The notes under the pieces: generated by a model
Databases searched by the model: none
What the model was told of the DNA's origin: nothing
The model's input: only the letters and a program-made list of their open reading frames with translations
From: Candidatus Limnocylindrales bacterium
GTDB taxonomy: Bacteria; Moduliflexota; Moduliflexia; Moduliflexales; JAUQPW01
NCBI GenBank assembly: GCA_035559535.1
Contig: DATMBG010000004.1
Location: 1-64,000, forward strand
Direction: 5' to 3'
Length of the DNA stretch: 64,000 nucleotides
Shown here: positions 9,973 to 19,096 of the stretch, piece after piece
How the letters are laid out: each line of letters begins with the position of its first letter
How positions within the stretch are numbered: position 1 is the first letter of the stretch
Made by a program: the position numbers and the translations under genes

Positions 9973-11289
9973 TTATAGGGCTTGCGTAGAAACTCCCGAA
10001 ACTTGCCTAGACATCTCCTTACCGGCTTGAATTCTTTTTTCTTTATCGGCTAGAAGTTTAAGCTCTTTTTTTGCCAATGCTTTTAAAATGATAACAAGCG
10101 ATATGATATGATAAGAAAGATCAAAATAAGCAAGGCCTAAGAAGGCGCCACTTACAATATAAGCATACAAACTCAACTCTAACATGTCGGAGTAATTGCC
10201 TATCCACTCCAAGGAAGGAATATGCTTGACGGTCTTTTTTAATTTCCTGGTACTAAGAAACGATGAGGTAAGAAGCGTGAGAAATAGAACTAACCCGGTA
10301 AAACCCTGTTCTCCTAACATTTCAAAATATATACTATGGGCATCGTGAAAGTTATAAGGCTCTGGCGCATAAATTATAAAAAGCCGAGGGTCAAAAACAC
10401 CAAAACCGCCCCCAAAAAAGGGTCTCTCACGGGCAATATTCCAGGCAAAGTACCAGGCATTAATACGTCCCATGGCCGAGGCATCCTGTTCATAGGTTTT
10501 GATGGTACTCATACGTTCAAACCATTGCTCTGGAATAAATGCAAAAAGTAAGCATGCCCCTATCAGAATACCTATAACGAGTGAGATCTTCCTTATCTTA
10601 ATAAGAAACATAGCGGTAATAGCTATTAATCCTAATAAGGCCCCTCGGGAGTAAGAGAGTATGATAGAAAGAATGGAGAGGAAGAAAGTAATTCGTAAAG
10701 CGAGTTTCAATTTCCAGTTCTTTTCTTCTCTGGCAAGGTAAAAAGTAATAGGAGCGACGACGAGTAAGGCCAGAGCCAAAGCATTGTTATCTTCGATAAA
10801 GGTATAGGGCGGACCCCATACACGGAATTCACCGCCGGTCAGAAGACCAAAAATACCTCCTTTAAGTCCATAGAAACCTATAGAAAAGGCTATGGTCAGT
10901 AGAAGATTCCGTAGCCTGGCTCTATCTGTGATAAGACAGGTGGTAATGATGGTCATTAACAGAATTTTAGACGTCTGATTCCAATGATCCCATGCTTTAT
11001 CGGGATAGAAAGCCAAAATAGAAGACACGGTAAATACCGTCCAGAGAAGAAAGATCAGGATAGTTTCTCTTACGAGAGGAAGCTTCTTTTGTTCACTTGT
11101 AAAAATAAACCCCAGCAGAGTTGCTAAACCAACATATTTGGCTACCGGGAAAAAAAATGCGGGGCCCCACGTCAGCCTATGGGGATTCATATAACTTATC
11201 CAGGACCATACTAAGATACCTATGTAAGGTCTTATAATACATATCGGCAAACTACCGAATATAATAGCTAAAACTAAGTAGTCACGCAT
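9973..11289 (-). CDS. O-antigen ligase/polymerase-like membrane protein (exosortase A system-associated O-glycosylation ligase type)
   Basis: MRD start, MNPHRLTWG, EDNNALAL, SRGALLG, SAMGRINAW, AHSIYFEMLGEQG; multiple TM helices. Confidence 0.88.
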   Translation of the reverse strand: MRDYLVLAIIFGSLPICIIRPYIGILVWSWISYMNPHRLTWGPAFFFPVAKYVGLATLLGFIFTSEQKKLPLVRETILIFLLWTVFTVSSILAFYPDKAWDHWNQTSKILLMTIITTCLITDRARLRNLLLTIAFSIGFYGLKGGIFGLLTGGEFRVWGPPYTFIEDNNALALALLVVAPITFYLAREEKNWKLKLALRITFFLSILSIILSYSRGALLGLIAITAMFLIKIRKISLVIGILIGACLLFAFIPEQWFERMSTIKTYEQDASAMGRINAWYFAWNIARERPFFGGGFGVFDPRLFIIYAPEPYNFHDAHSIYFEMLGEQGFTGLVLFLTLLTSSFLSTRKLKKTVKHIPSLEWIGNYSDMLELSLYAYIVSGAFLGLAYFDLSYHIISLVIILKALAKKELKLLADKEKRIQAGKEMSRQVSGVSTQAL

Positions 11290-11305
11290 GGTTGACCTTT
11301 AAGCC

Positions 11306-12571
11306 TTACCTAAGGAATGAATCAAGTAATTTTACAAGTTCTCGTGTTCTAGATTCTCTAGAATGGCTTTGGATTTCCTTAATACTGATTATGGGGGCAT
11401 GATGTTGACGTACTTGGGTCAGAAAATCAAGTAAGCCCTGCATTATCTGCTCTTTTGAGTCCAAGGGTACTATGGTATTTATTCCTACTGATTTTAATAC
11501 CTGGGCAGTATCCCCCGCGGGGTCTGTCATAGCAAATATAGGACGCCGCGCCCGCAGATATTCATAAATTTTTGCCGGTATTTGGTGATTACAGTTCGAA
11601 GCTTGAAAAATCAATAAGCCATCAGCTCGCAACATTTCTACCAAAGCGTCTTGGTAAGAAAGGGGAGGTTCAAGAAAAACAAGGTCTTCGATGCCCATTT
11701 TGCGAAGGTTCTGACGGTAATAGTCTTCATAGCCACTGGCACGAAGGATAATCCTCAGATTTGAAGAAGAAATCTTACCGGCCTGACGTAACTCGGCCAG
11801 GGCCGCAAAAAAAGCACCTGGATCCCGTTCCCATGGATACAATAATCCACTATGCACAAGGGTTATGCGATGATTCGAGGAGGGCTGATTGACAACGAGT
11901 TTTTCTGCCGCTATAAAATTCTCCTCATCATACCCATTGGCGATAATCGCCCAGCGATCCTGGGGGATTTCGGGATAACGTTCAACATACAGGCGCAGGG
12001 TTCCGGGCGTGGTAAATACTGCCCGTGCACAGTGTTTTACAGTATAACGCTCAATCCAGCGATAAGCCCGCCAGGTGGCAAAGTCTGGTGGATAATTATC
12101 TTCCGTCATAGAATCTCTAAAGTCGGCAATCCAGGGAATCCCTGTCAGACGATGTAAAGTCCATCCAATGAGATGGGCCGTAGCTATGGGAAAAGTGGAC
12201 CAAATCACCCTGGGCCGATATTTATAAATTAAACCCAGTCCCACAGGTACTGCACCCAACCACCAGCTAACCCATCGATCCGGCAGCGCCAACCACCTGG
12301 GATAAGAACCTCGTATTGCTAAATGTCGGGCGGCATCCAAAGCAAAAACCCTCTTAACTACAGCATTCTCTGGAATTTCCCCAAGTTGATCCTTACCTAT
12401 TTGAGAATAAGCTCTTGGATGCGCTGTTAAAACAAGGGGTTGCCAATTATAATCAGGAAGATAGCGGCAAAATTTAAGTGTACGTTGAATGCCACTACTG
12501 CCACGAAACGGCGGATAATGAAAAGCTATCATCAGGATTTTCCTAGAGTACATCATGGGAAAGATCTTCAT
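11306..12571 (-). CDS. Glycosyltransferase (GT4-like)
   Basis: ILMIAFHYPP..SSGIQRTLKF, WIADFRD, IPAKIYEYL. Confidence 0.85.
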   Translation of the reverse strand: MKIFPMMYSRKILMIAFHYPPFRGSSGIQRTLKFCRYLPDYNWQPLVLTAHPRAYSQIGKDQLGEIPENAVVKRVFALDAARHLAIRGSYPRWLALPDRWVSWWLGAVPVGLGLIYKYRPRVIWSTFPIATAHLIGWTLHRLTGIPWIADFRDSMTEDNYPPDFATWRAYRWIERYTVKHCARAVFTTPGTLRLYVERYPEIPQDRWAIIANGYDEENFIAAEKLVVNQPSSNHRITLVHSGLLYPWERDPGAFFAALAELRQAGKISSSNLRIILRASGYEDYYRQNLRKMGIEDLVFLEPPLSYQDALVEMLRADGLLIFQASNCNHQIPAKIYEYLRARRPIFAMTDPAGDTAQVLKSVGINTIVPLDSKEQIMQGLLDFLTQVRQHHAPIISIKEIQSHSRESRTRELVKLLDSFLR

Positions 12572-13847
12572 AAGTTCCCCGACGACGGATCAATCTAACC
12601 TCTCCATTCTGGACCAAAACCTCCGCGGGGGTAGGATGACTCAAAAAACCCAAGGGACTGGCCGTCCTGGCGTAAGCTCCCGATTGAAAGATTCCTACCA
12701 GGTCTCCAACTTCTGCAGAAGGGAGTTGTACCTCCCTGGCAAGGACATCCAGAGGGGTACAGAGCGGACCGACTACCTCCACAGTCTCAAGGACCTTCTC
12801 GTTGAGCTTATTCAAAATGGCAACCGGAAAATTCCGTTTAATGGTTTGACCCAGATTTCCCGACGCGGCTAAATGATGATTCATCCCCCCATCCACAATG
12901 AGAAATTTTTTACCCCGTGAGACCTTGATATCATTGACCCGGGTGATATAAAGGCCTGCCTCTCCAACCAGATAACGACCGGGTTCTATGACAAACTGGG
13001 TTCCGGTAAAAAGTTCCTCCCCTTTAATTTCGGTCATCAAGATCCCCAATTCTTCACGTAACTTCTCCATGTCAAGCTCCCGCTCATTGGCAAAGTAGGG
13101 AATACCCAGACCCCCGCCAAAATCCAGTGTGTGCAAAGGTTGTTTCAGATACCCGGCCACCCGTCTGGCGATTTCCAGCCCTTTACGATACTGGCGTATC
13201 AAAGTCATAGGATCCAGGATCTGGGTTCCGGTAAAGAGGTGAACGCCTCGAAATTCCAGGGACGGAATCGATAAGAGTTTTTCCAACACTATGGGGAGAC
13301 TTTCCTCATCAACCCCAAAGGGGGCTGGTTTTCCTCCCATACGCATGGCCCCACCTTGGGCTTCTCCACCTGGATTAACGCGGATTGCTACTTTGGCCTG
13401 TATCCCCAATCGACGACTGATCGTTCCTATCCGCTCGATTTCCAGAAGTGATTCCGCATGAATTTCTCCGATCCCCCGGGCTAAAACCAGCTCCAACTCG
13501 GCTTCTGTTTTACCAGGTCCAGCAAATAGCATTTTCTCTGGCGGACATCCGGCGCCCAGGGCCTGGTAAAATTCACCCCCGGAGGCTATTTCAAGGCCAC
13601 ACCCTTTAGCCAGAAAATGCTTGAGAATGGCACGGTTGGGATTAGCCTTCACAGAATAGCTGATGGCAAATTCCAGAGGAAAAGTGCTCCGCAGAAGTTC
13701 CCATTTTCGATCCAACACGTGACCGTCGTAAACGAACAGAGGAGTTCCATGACTCGCCGTAATGGCACCGATGGATACGCCGCCTATTTGGAGCTCTCCA
13801 TTGGATAAATTGAAATATTTATGAATCAGGGTCGTAACAGAATCCAT
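12543..13847 (-). CDS. Fold-type III PLP-dependent decarboxylase (LysA/BtrK-like)
   Basis: YSVKANP (PLP Lys), FAGPGK, DFGGGLG, EPGRY, GPLCT, GAY. Confidence 0.9.
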   Translation of the reverse strand: MDSVTTLIHKYFNLSNGELQIGGVSIGAITASHGTPLFVYDGHVLDRKWELLRSTFPLEFAISYSVKANPNRAILKHFLAKGCGLEIASGGEFYQALGAGCPPEKMLFAGPGKTEAELELVLARGIGEIHAESLLEIERIGTISRRLGIQAKVAIRVNPGGEAQGGAMRMGGKPAPFGVDEESLPIVLEKLLSIPSLEFRGVHLFTGTQILDPMTLIRQYRKGLEIARRVAGYLKQPLHTLDFGGGLGIPYFANERELDMEKLREELGILMTEIKGEELFTGTQFVIEPGRYLVGEAGLYITRVNDIKVSRGKKFLIVDGGMNHHLAASGNLGQTIKRNFPVAILNKLNEKVLETVEVVGPLCTPLDVLAREVQLPSAEVGDLVGIFQSGAYARTASPLGFLSHPTPAEVLVQNGEVRLIRRRGTYEDLSHDVL

Positions 13848-13874
13848 AATTTACCTGACAGGTTCGTTTAAAAA

Positions 13875-15446
13875 TCAAAGTCCTTCACGACGACGCAGGG
13901 CCGGATAGTCTACTTTACCACTGGGGGTCTTAGGCAATTCAGGGAGGATCTCCACAGTTTTGGGTATCATATGGCGTGGCATTTTCTCTGCGCAAAAGGC
14001 CAGGAGTTCCTCAACGTTTAAGGTGACCCCCTCTTTGGGAACTACAAAGGCTTTAATAGATTGTCCAAGAATCTCATCGGGAATTCCGATGACGGCGGCT
14101 CCTCTGAGCTTACCGCTCTGGAAAAGCACTTCCTCCACTTCGGTGGGGCTTATCCGGAATCCCGAGGATTTAATCATGGTATCTCGACGGCCTACAAAAT
14201 AAAGAAATCCTTCTTCATCCATCTTCACAAGATCTCCGGAGTAACAAACCTTTTCGCTATCACCCAACTCCGGAGGTAATAAAGGATGAGGCCGTAAGAC
14301 TTTCGCGGTAAGTTCCGGTTGTCCCCAATAACCCATAGACACCGTGGGTCCTCGATGAACCAACTCACCCACTTCCCCAGGTTTACAGAGCTGTCCTTGC
14401 TCATTGATGACCAGGATCTCGGTGTTAGGAATGGCTTTCCCCATGGAAGTCGGACGACGGTCCAATTCCTCAGGAGGAAGATAGGTTGATCGAAAAGCCT
14501 CGGTCAACCCGTACATCAAGAAGATCTGGGTCGTTGGAAGCGCCTGACGGAGTATGGCTAAGACACTCTGGGGCATGGCTCCTCCGGTGTTGGTGATATA
14601 TCGCAGGTGGGGAAATTGATGTTTCTGCAGCGAGGAATTAGGCTGAACCATCAGACTCCAGAAGGTAGGAACGCCAGCCAGGCCTGTGATCCGTTCTTTC
14701 AGCAACATCTGGACAACCTCTCGGGCAAAGGTAAAATTTATCAAGACAGCGGTACCTCCCTGCTGAAACGCCGTCATAATCTGGTTGAGGCCGGCATCAA
14801 AGCTGAAAGGCAAAACACATAAAATTCGATCGGCTTCTGTGATCTTGAGGTAGGTGGACACGATGGAACTTCCTGCCATAATCTGGGCATGGTTCAACAT
14901 GACCCCTTTGGGTTTTCCCGTCGAGCCTGAAGTATACAAAATGGCGACCAGATCTTTTTCAATTCCCACCTCACGCCAGTTCTGTGGAGGAGTTAACCGA
15001 CAAAACTCCTCAAAACGGTGAACGGGAAGAGGAACATCTGGAATCTCACCCTCTCCAGTTATTACAAGGAATTCTAAAGATTTTATCTCTCTAAGAACCG
15101 GAGATAGAGAGTTCAATTTGGTTGGACTGGTAATGAGACCTTTCATCTGACAGTCCTTTGCAATATGGGCTACCTGATCGGGAAACAGAAGGGAATTGAT
15201 AGGAACAAAGACCCCACCCCCATAAGAAATACCAAAGATAGAAAGGGCCTGAGGTACCGAGGGGTCCAGATAAATACCTATTCTATCCCCTCGCTGCAAA
15301 CCGGCACTTCGCAGGCCATAAGCCAGACCTGCGAGTCTCTTCATTACCTCTGCATAAGTTAAGCGTTGATCTCCATGGACTAAAGCTTCTTTTTCAGGTA
15401 AGCGTTGGGCACTGGTTCGTGGCATATGGTGAATCAGAAAATCCAT
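13875..15446 (-). CDS. AMP-forming acyl/aminoacyl ligase (adenylation enzyme)
   Basis: YTSGSTGKPKG, YGLTEAFRS, SGD, GRRD, SGKVD; start moved to ATG 15446 behind GGGAGG RBS. Confidence 0.9.
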   Translation of the reverse strand: MDFLIHHMPRTSAQRLPEKEALVHGDQRLTYAEVMKRLAGLAYGLRSAGLQRGDRIGIYLDPSVPQALSIFGISYGGGVFVPINSLLFPDQVAHIAKDCQMKGLITSPTKLNSLSPVLREIKSLEFLVITGEGEIPDVPLPVHRFEEFCRLTPPQNWREVGIEKDLVAILYTSGSTGKPKGVMLNHAQIMAGSSIVSTYLKITEADRILCVLPFSFDAGLNQIMTAFQQGGTAVLINFTFAREVVQMLLKERITGLAGVPTFWSLMVQPNSSLQKHQFPHLRYITNTGGAMPQSVLAILRQALPTTQIFLMYGLTEAFRSTYLPPEELDRRPTSMGKAIPNTEILVINEQGQLCKPGEVGELVHRGPTVSMGYWGQPELTAKVLRPHPLLPPELGDSEKVCYSGDLVKMDEEGFLYFVGRRDTMIKSSGFRISPTEVEEVLFQSGKLRGAAVIGIPDEILGQSIKAFVVPKEGVTLNVEELLAFCAEKMPRHMIPKTVEILPELPKTPSGKVDYPALRRREGL

Positions 15447-15525
15447 ACTTATTCCTCCCGTAGTTTTTATCACCTTCGAAGCAAACTGATAAATAAGTTA
15501 AAAGTTGTAGAAGGCAATCTAGGGT

Positions 15526-16572
15526 TTAGGCTAAAATATCTACATAATTAAAAGACCATTTGGGTTGTTTACTTAGCAAAGTTTGTACCCGATTATTCGG
15601 CTGTGCATAGGCAACCACGTTGGCTGCTTTACAGCGATAATAAAAATGAGCTTTTTGAAAAATCGGAAACAAGCTGCTTTCCTGAGAGATAATGGCATAG
15701 AGCACCTGGCTGGATTCTTTTTTTAGGTACTCCACAACGGCCTCAAGAAGCTGGAGCCCCACTTCAGGGGAAACAAATCCAAACAGGTCAATGATATAAG
15801 CCTCCTGATCCGATATGGAAAAAACGACGAAGGCCTGTAACTCGCCGCCTCGACGGGCTGTAATGACCGAGTATTGGTGCAAGGGATCCTCTCTATAACG
15901 CCAATTTAGATCTTCGGCCTTGCGTCGACTGCGTATCCCATCACCTCCTCCAACTTGTTCATCGAGTCGTGAAAATTCCTCACCAAAACCATGGGGATGG
16001 AAGGAAATTTCAAGACCTTTCACCCTATGCCTTCGAAGAGTCCAGAGATCAAGTAAAAGATTTCCCAAAACCGCAACAGGAACCAATAATTTTCCCGAAC
16101 TTAGATATTTTGCCAGTTGTCGATCTGTTTTCAACAGTCTGGCATAGCGTTGCATCTGACAATTGGCCGGTATACCTAACCGACGAAAGGTCGACATGCC
16201 TTGATCATGGGGAGGACAATCGTAACAAAGCGCCAGGATTCCTCGATTGACCGGTTCAAAGGTTGCACGTTGCAACATAAGGGCCGGCCCCAGAGTCCGA
16301 TGCGTAGCCTCAATAGCAAAATCCCCCACCTGACCACAAAGCTTTATCTCCCTTCCTATCCACAGGGCACGGGGAAACACTGAAGCGACCCCCACAATTT
16401 TTTTGGTTTCATGTTCGTAAGCAAACCAGGACCAGGCCTGCCCTGCAGGATTATTACGATAAAGCCAATTAAAACGACGGGTGTGGGGCAACTCTTTCAG
16501 GTTCCTCTCCAGAATGCCCAAAAGTATTTCCTTATCAGAATCAAAATTAACCGAGCGTGTCTTGATGATCAT
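15526..16572 (-). CDS. GNAT-fold acyltransferase (two-domain)
   Basis: WLYRNNPAG, VGDFAIEATHRTLG, LNWRY; paralogous to 16861-17901. Confidence 0.75.
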   Translation of the reverse strand: MIIKTRSVNFDSDKEILLGILERNLKELPHTRRFNWLYRNNPAGQAWSWFAYEHETKKIVGVASVFPRALWIGREIKLCGQVGDFAIEATHRTLGPALMLQRATFEPVNRGILALCYDCPPHDQGMSTFRRLGIPANCQMQRYARLLKTDRQLAKYLSSGKLLVPVAVLGNLLLDLWTLRRHRVKGLEISFHPHGFGEEFSRLDEQVGGGDGIRSRRKAEDLNWRYREDPLHQYSVITARRGGELQAFVVFSISDQEAYIIDLFGFVSPEVGLQLLEAVVEYLKKESSQVLYAIISQESSLFPIFQKAHFYYRCKAANVVAYAQPNNRVQTLLSKQPKWSFNYVDILA

Positions 16573-16577
16573 GGAAG

Positions 16578-16844
16578 TTATCCGGAATTAGCCTTACTTT
16601 TTCCTTCAACAAACGCCGCTATGTGCCCAATGGTTTGGAAATTCTCCGGAACAAGGTCTTCATCGGATATGCTGATCCCGAATTCCTTTTCCAGATAAGT
16701 TACCAAATCCAGGACTCCCAGCGAATCGAGAATCCCATTTTCCAATAATGGATCGTCGTTATGGATGTTACGATTCCGGGCTAACGGAAAATGCTTTACA
16801 ATGAAATTTTTAAGCTGCTCACTGATTACCTGCATCGGCAACAT
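16578..16844 (-). CDS. Acyl carrier protein
   Basis: 88 aa, acidic; GILDSLG phosphopantetheine motif, LEKEFGI, PENFQT. Confidence 0.9.
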   Translation of the reverse strand: MLPMQVISEQLKNFIVKHFPLARNRNIHNDDPLLENGILDSLGVLDLVTYLEKEFGISISDEDLVPENFQTIGHIAAFVEGKSKANSG

Positions 16845-16860
16845 AATCTCTCCTTAAAGA

Positions 16861-17901
16861 TTAACTGTCACGATCCCCCTGGATTAAAAACCAATTTCCA
16901 GGATCGAACGTCATGGGTTCTAAAGTAAATAGGGAAGAGGTATATACCACGACCGGACTTGCTTCCCGGGCTTTAAAGCCTGAATCTTGGAGTAAAGCAA
17001 CCCACGGATGTGACGCTAACAGGGAGATACTTACAGTTATTACGCCTCGTTTTCTCAAGAGAACTCCTGCGTAGTTAACTAAACTCTTTATAACTTTATG
17101 GTCTTGAATCCCAAACAAATCTACCAGGGCAGCATCCTCACCGGTATGGGCAAAAATGACATAGGCCAACAGAGCCTCTCCCTGACGGGCTGTTAACACT
17201 TCATAATGACCAAGGGGATTAGCCAGATATCGCCAGTTAAGATACTCTGCCGAACGCTGAAGGCACACTTCATACCTGCTTCCTACCTCTTGAGCAAGCA
17301 GGGAGAATTCCTCGCCAAACTTACCATCCAGGAACGAAATGGTTAAGGCCGGGTTGACCCCGGGATAGGGGTCGTAGAGCCGCAGTAAAAGATTACCTGC
17401 TTTACTTAACCCTTGAGCCAGTATGGGAATTTTTACCATCTCCCTGACTTTCCGATCCACCCGTAGGGGTCTGGCCAAACGAACCATCTGACCGAAGGGA
17501 TGGATCTGAAGTCGTTGATAAATTGCCGTCATACTTAGACTGGGAAAATCATAACAGAAGGCAACCCTTGCCGAATCAGCCGCCGCAAAACAGGCCCGTT
17601 GCAACTGTAGAGCAGGACCCAGGCTGCGATACTTTTCGTGGATACAAAAATCTCCCAACACCCAACCCAATTCCTCACGTCCCCTTATATAAATACGACG
17701 GGGAAAAGCACTTACCATCCCTACAGCCGACCGGGTCTGTATATCGGTAGCTATCCAGACCCGAGCCTGTCCAAATGGGTTATTTAGATAAAGCCAGTCA
17801 AAACGATAACCGTCGGACTGTCTGGTTAAATGTCGGTAGAGTAACTCAATGATTAACCGACGATCTGAATGAAGATCGGCTTCTCGAATATGAACGGCCA
17901 T
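16861..17901 (-). CDS. GNAT-fold acyltransferase (two-domain)
   Basis: FDWLYLNNPFG, GDFCIHEKYRSLG, YLNWRY, C-terminal GDRD. Confidence 0.75.
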   Translation of the reverse strand: MAVHIREADLHSDRRLIIELLYRHLTRQSDGYRFDWLYLNNPFGQARVWIATDIQTRSAVGMVSAFPRRIYIRGREELGWVLGDFCIHEKYRSLGPALQLQRACFAAADSARVAFCYDFPSLSMTAIYQRLQIHPFGQMVRLARPLRVDRKVREMVKIPILAQGLSKAGNLLLRLYDPYPGVNPALTISFLDGKFGEEFSLLAQEVGSRYEVCLQRSAEYLNWRYLANPLGHYEVLTARQGEALLAYVIFAHTGEDAALVDLFGIQDHKVIKSLVNYAGVLLRKRGVITVSISLLASHPWVALLQDSGFKAREASPVVVYTSSLFTLEPMTFDPGNWFLIQGDRDS

Positions 17902-17923
17902 AAAGGTTTCTCTTTTTCTTGAT

Positions 17924-19030
17924 CTAATTTGGGTAAAGCTTATACCAATTCAACTTCACGGCAAAGGTAGGAAGGTGGTTCTCCCAGGGCATCCCCCTTC
18001 GTAATTCGAACAAATCCTGGTCATGCTCATTGGTACCGAATATCATGGTGACGGCACACCCATAGCCGGCTTCTTTTAAGATATTTTTGGTAATTTCTGT
18101 AAAGTCCTGTTTTCTTCCACTGGGATAAGCAAAGGTTCTTACAGGTACCCCCAACTGTGCTTCGAGGATTTTTTTTGATTTTAAGACTTCTTCTCTGACC
18201 TTATCAGCCGGCAATCTGGATAAAATAGGATGGGTTACCGTATGGGATCCAAAAGATATTCCCTGTTGCTGCATGATTCTTACTTCTTCCCAGCTCAGCA
18301 TAAGATCAGTCGCATCTTTTTTACCGGTAACCTTAAGTTTTTCGATCAGACGTTGAATCCACAAAGATCGTTCATGATCCTCCAGGGCACGTAAAAAATT
18401 CAAGACTTGTCCATGGGCAAAACGCTTTTCCTCGATGGTTCTCAAGGGATAATCTTTTAAATTAATTCCATATCCTGCCAGAAAAGGTTCTTGGGTTTCT
18501 CGAAAAGCGGCGAAAACCACATCATGCCATAAAACTTTTCCAGAACCAATATAGTCGGTGGCTAAAAAGATGGTGGCCGGCAGCGACAGTTTCTTAAGGA
18601 TCGGAAAGGCATTCCAGTAGTTATCCTTATAGCCATCATCAAAGGTGATAACTACGGTATTATCGGGAATATCTTTTTTCTTAGCCATTTCAATTACATT
18701 CTCCAAAGAGCATACCCGAAAATGCGTGGCCAGATACTCCATTTGCTTTTCAAAAATTTCTGTGGGAACAGCCGGAAAAAAGGGATCATATTCGTTATTT
18801 ACCCTATGATAAACCAGGATCTGAAAGTTTCTGAACTGCCGTTTTTTAATAAAAGGAAATGCAAATCGGGTATCTTTCCTGAATTGAAAGTGATTACTTA
18901 AACGATTCATCCACCCCAGCATAGGGGAATAGAAGCAGAAAGCCGCCACTAGTTTCCACATCTGTTTTTTACATCTGGATAGAAATTTCTGCATATCCGG
19001 AATCGGGTTACCTACCAGAGACCATCTCAA
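17924..19030 (-). CDS. Polysaccharide deacetylase (NodB/CE4-like); start uncertain
   Basis: ILVYHRV, ITFDDGY, GSHTVTH, FAYPSG. Confidence 0.9.
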   Translation of the reverse strand: MRWSLVGNPIPDMQKFLSRCKKQMWKLVAAFCFYSPMLGWMNRLSNHFQFRKDTRFAFPFIKKRQFRNFQILVYHRVNNEYDPFFPAVPTEIFEKQMEYLATHFRVCSLENVIEMAKKKDIPDNTVVITFDDGYKDNYWNAFPILKKLSLPATIFLATDYIGSGKVLWHDVVFAAFRETQEPFLAGYGINLKDYPLRTIEEKRFAHGQVLNFLRALEDHERSLWIQRLIEKLKVTGKKDATDLMLSWEEVRIMQQQGISFGSHTVTHPILSRLPADKVREEVLKSKKILEAQLGVPVRTFAYPSGRKQDFTEITKNILKEAGYGCAVTMIFGTNEHDQDLFELRRGMPWENHLPTFAVKLNWYKLYPN

Positions 19031-19096
19031 AAATAAAAGACCTTCTCCAGATACCTTCCTGAGAGTTAAAACTACAAAGGTTCAAGGGTTCTAGCT

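Noticed and set aside
12543-13847. Housekeeping lysA
   Set aside because: Context within the EPS tailoring genes beside an ACP and ligase favours a specialised decarboxylase
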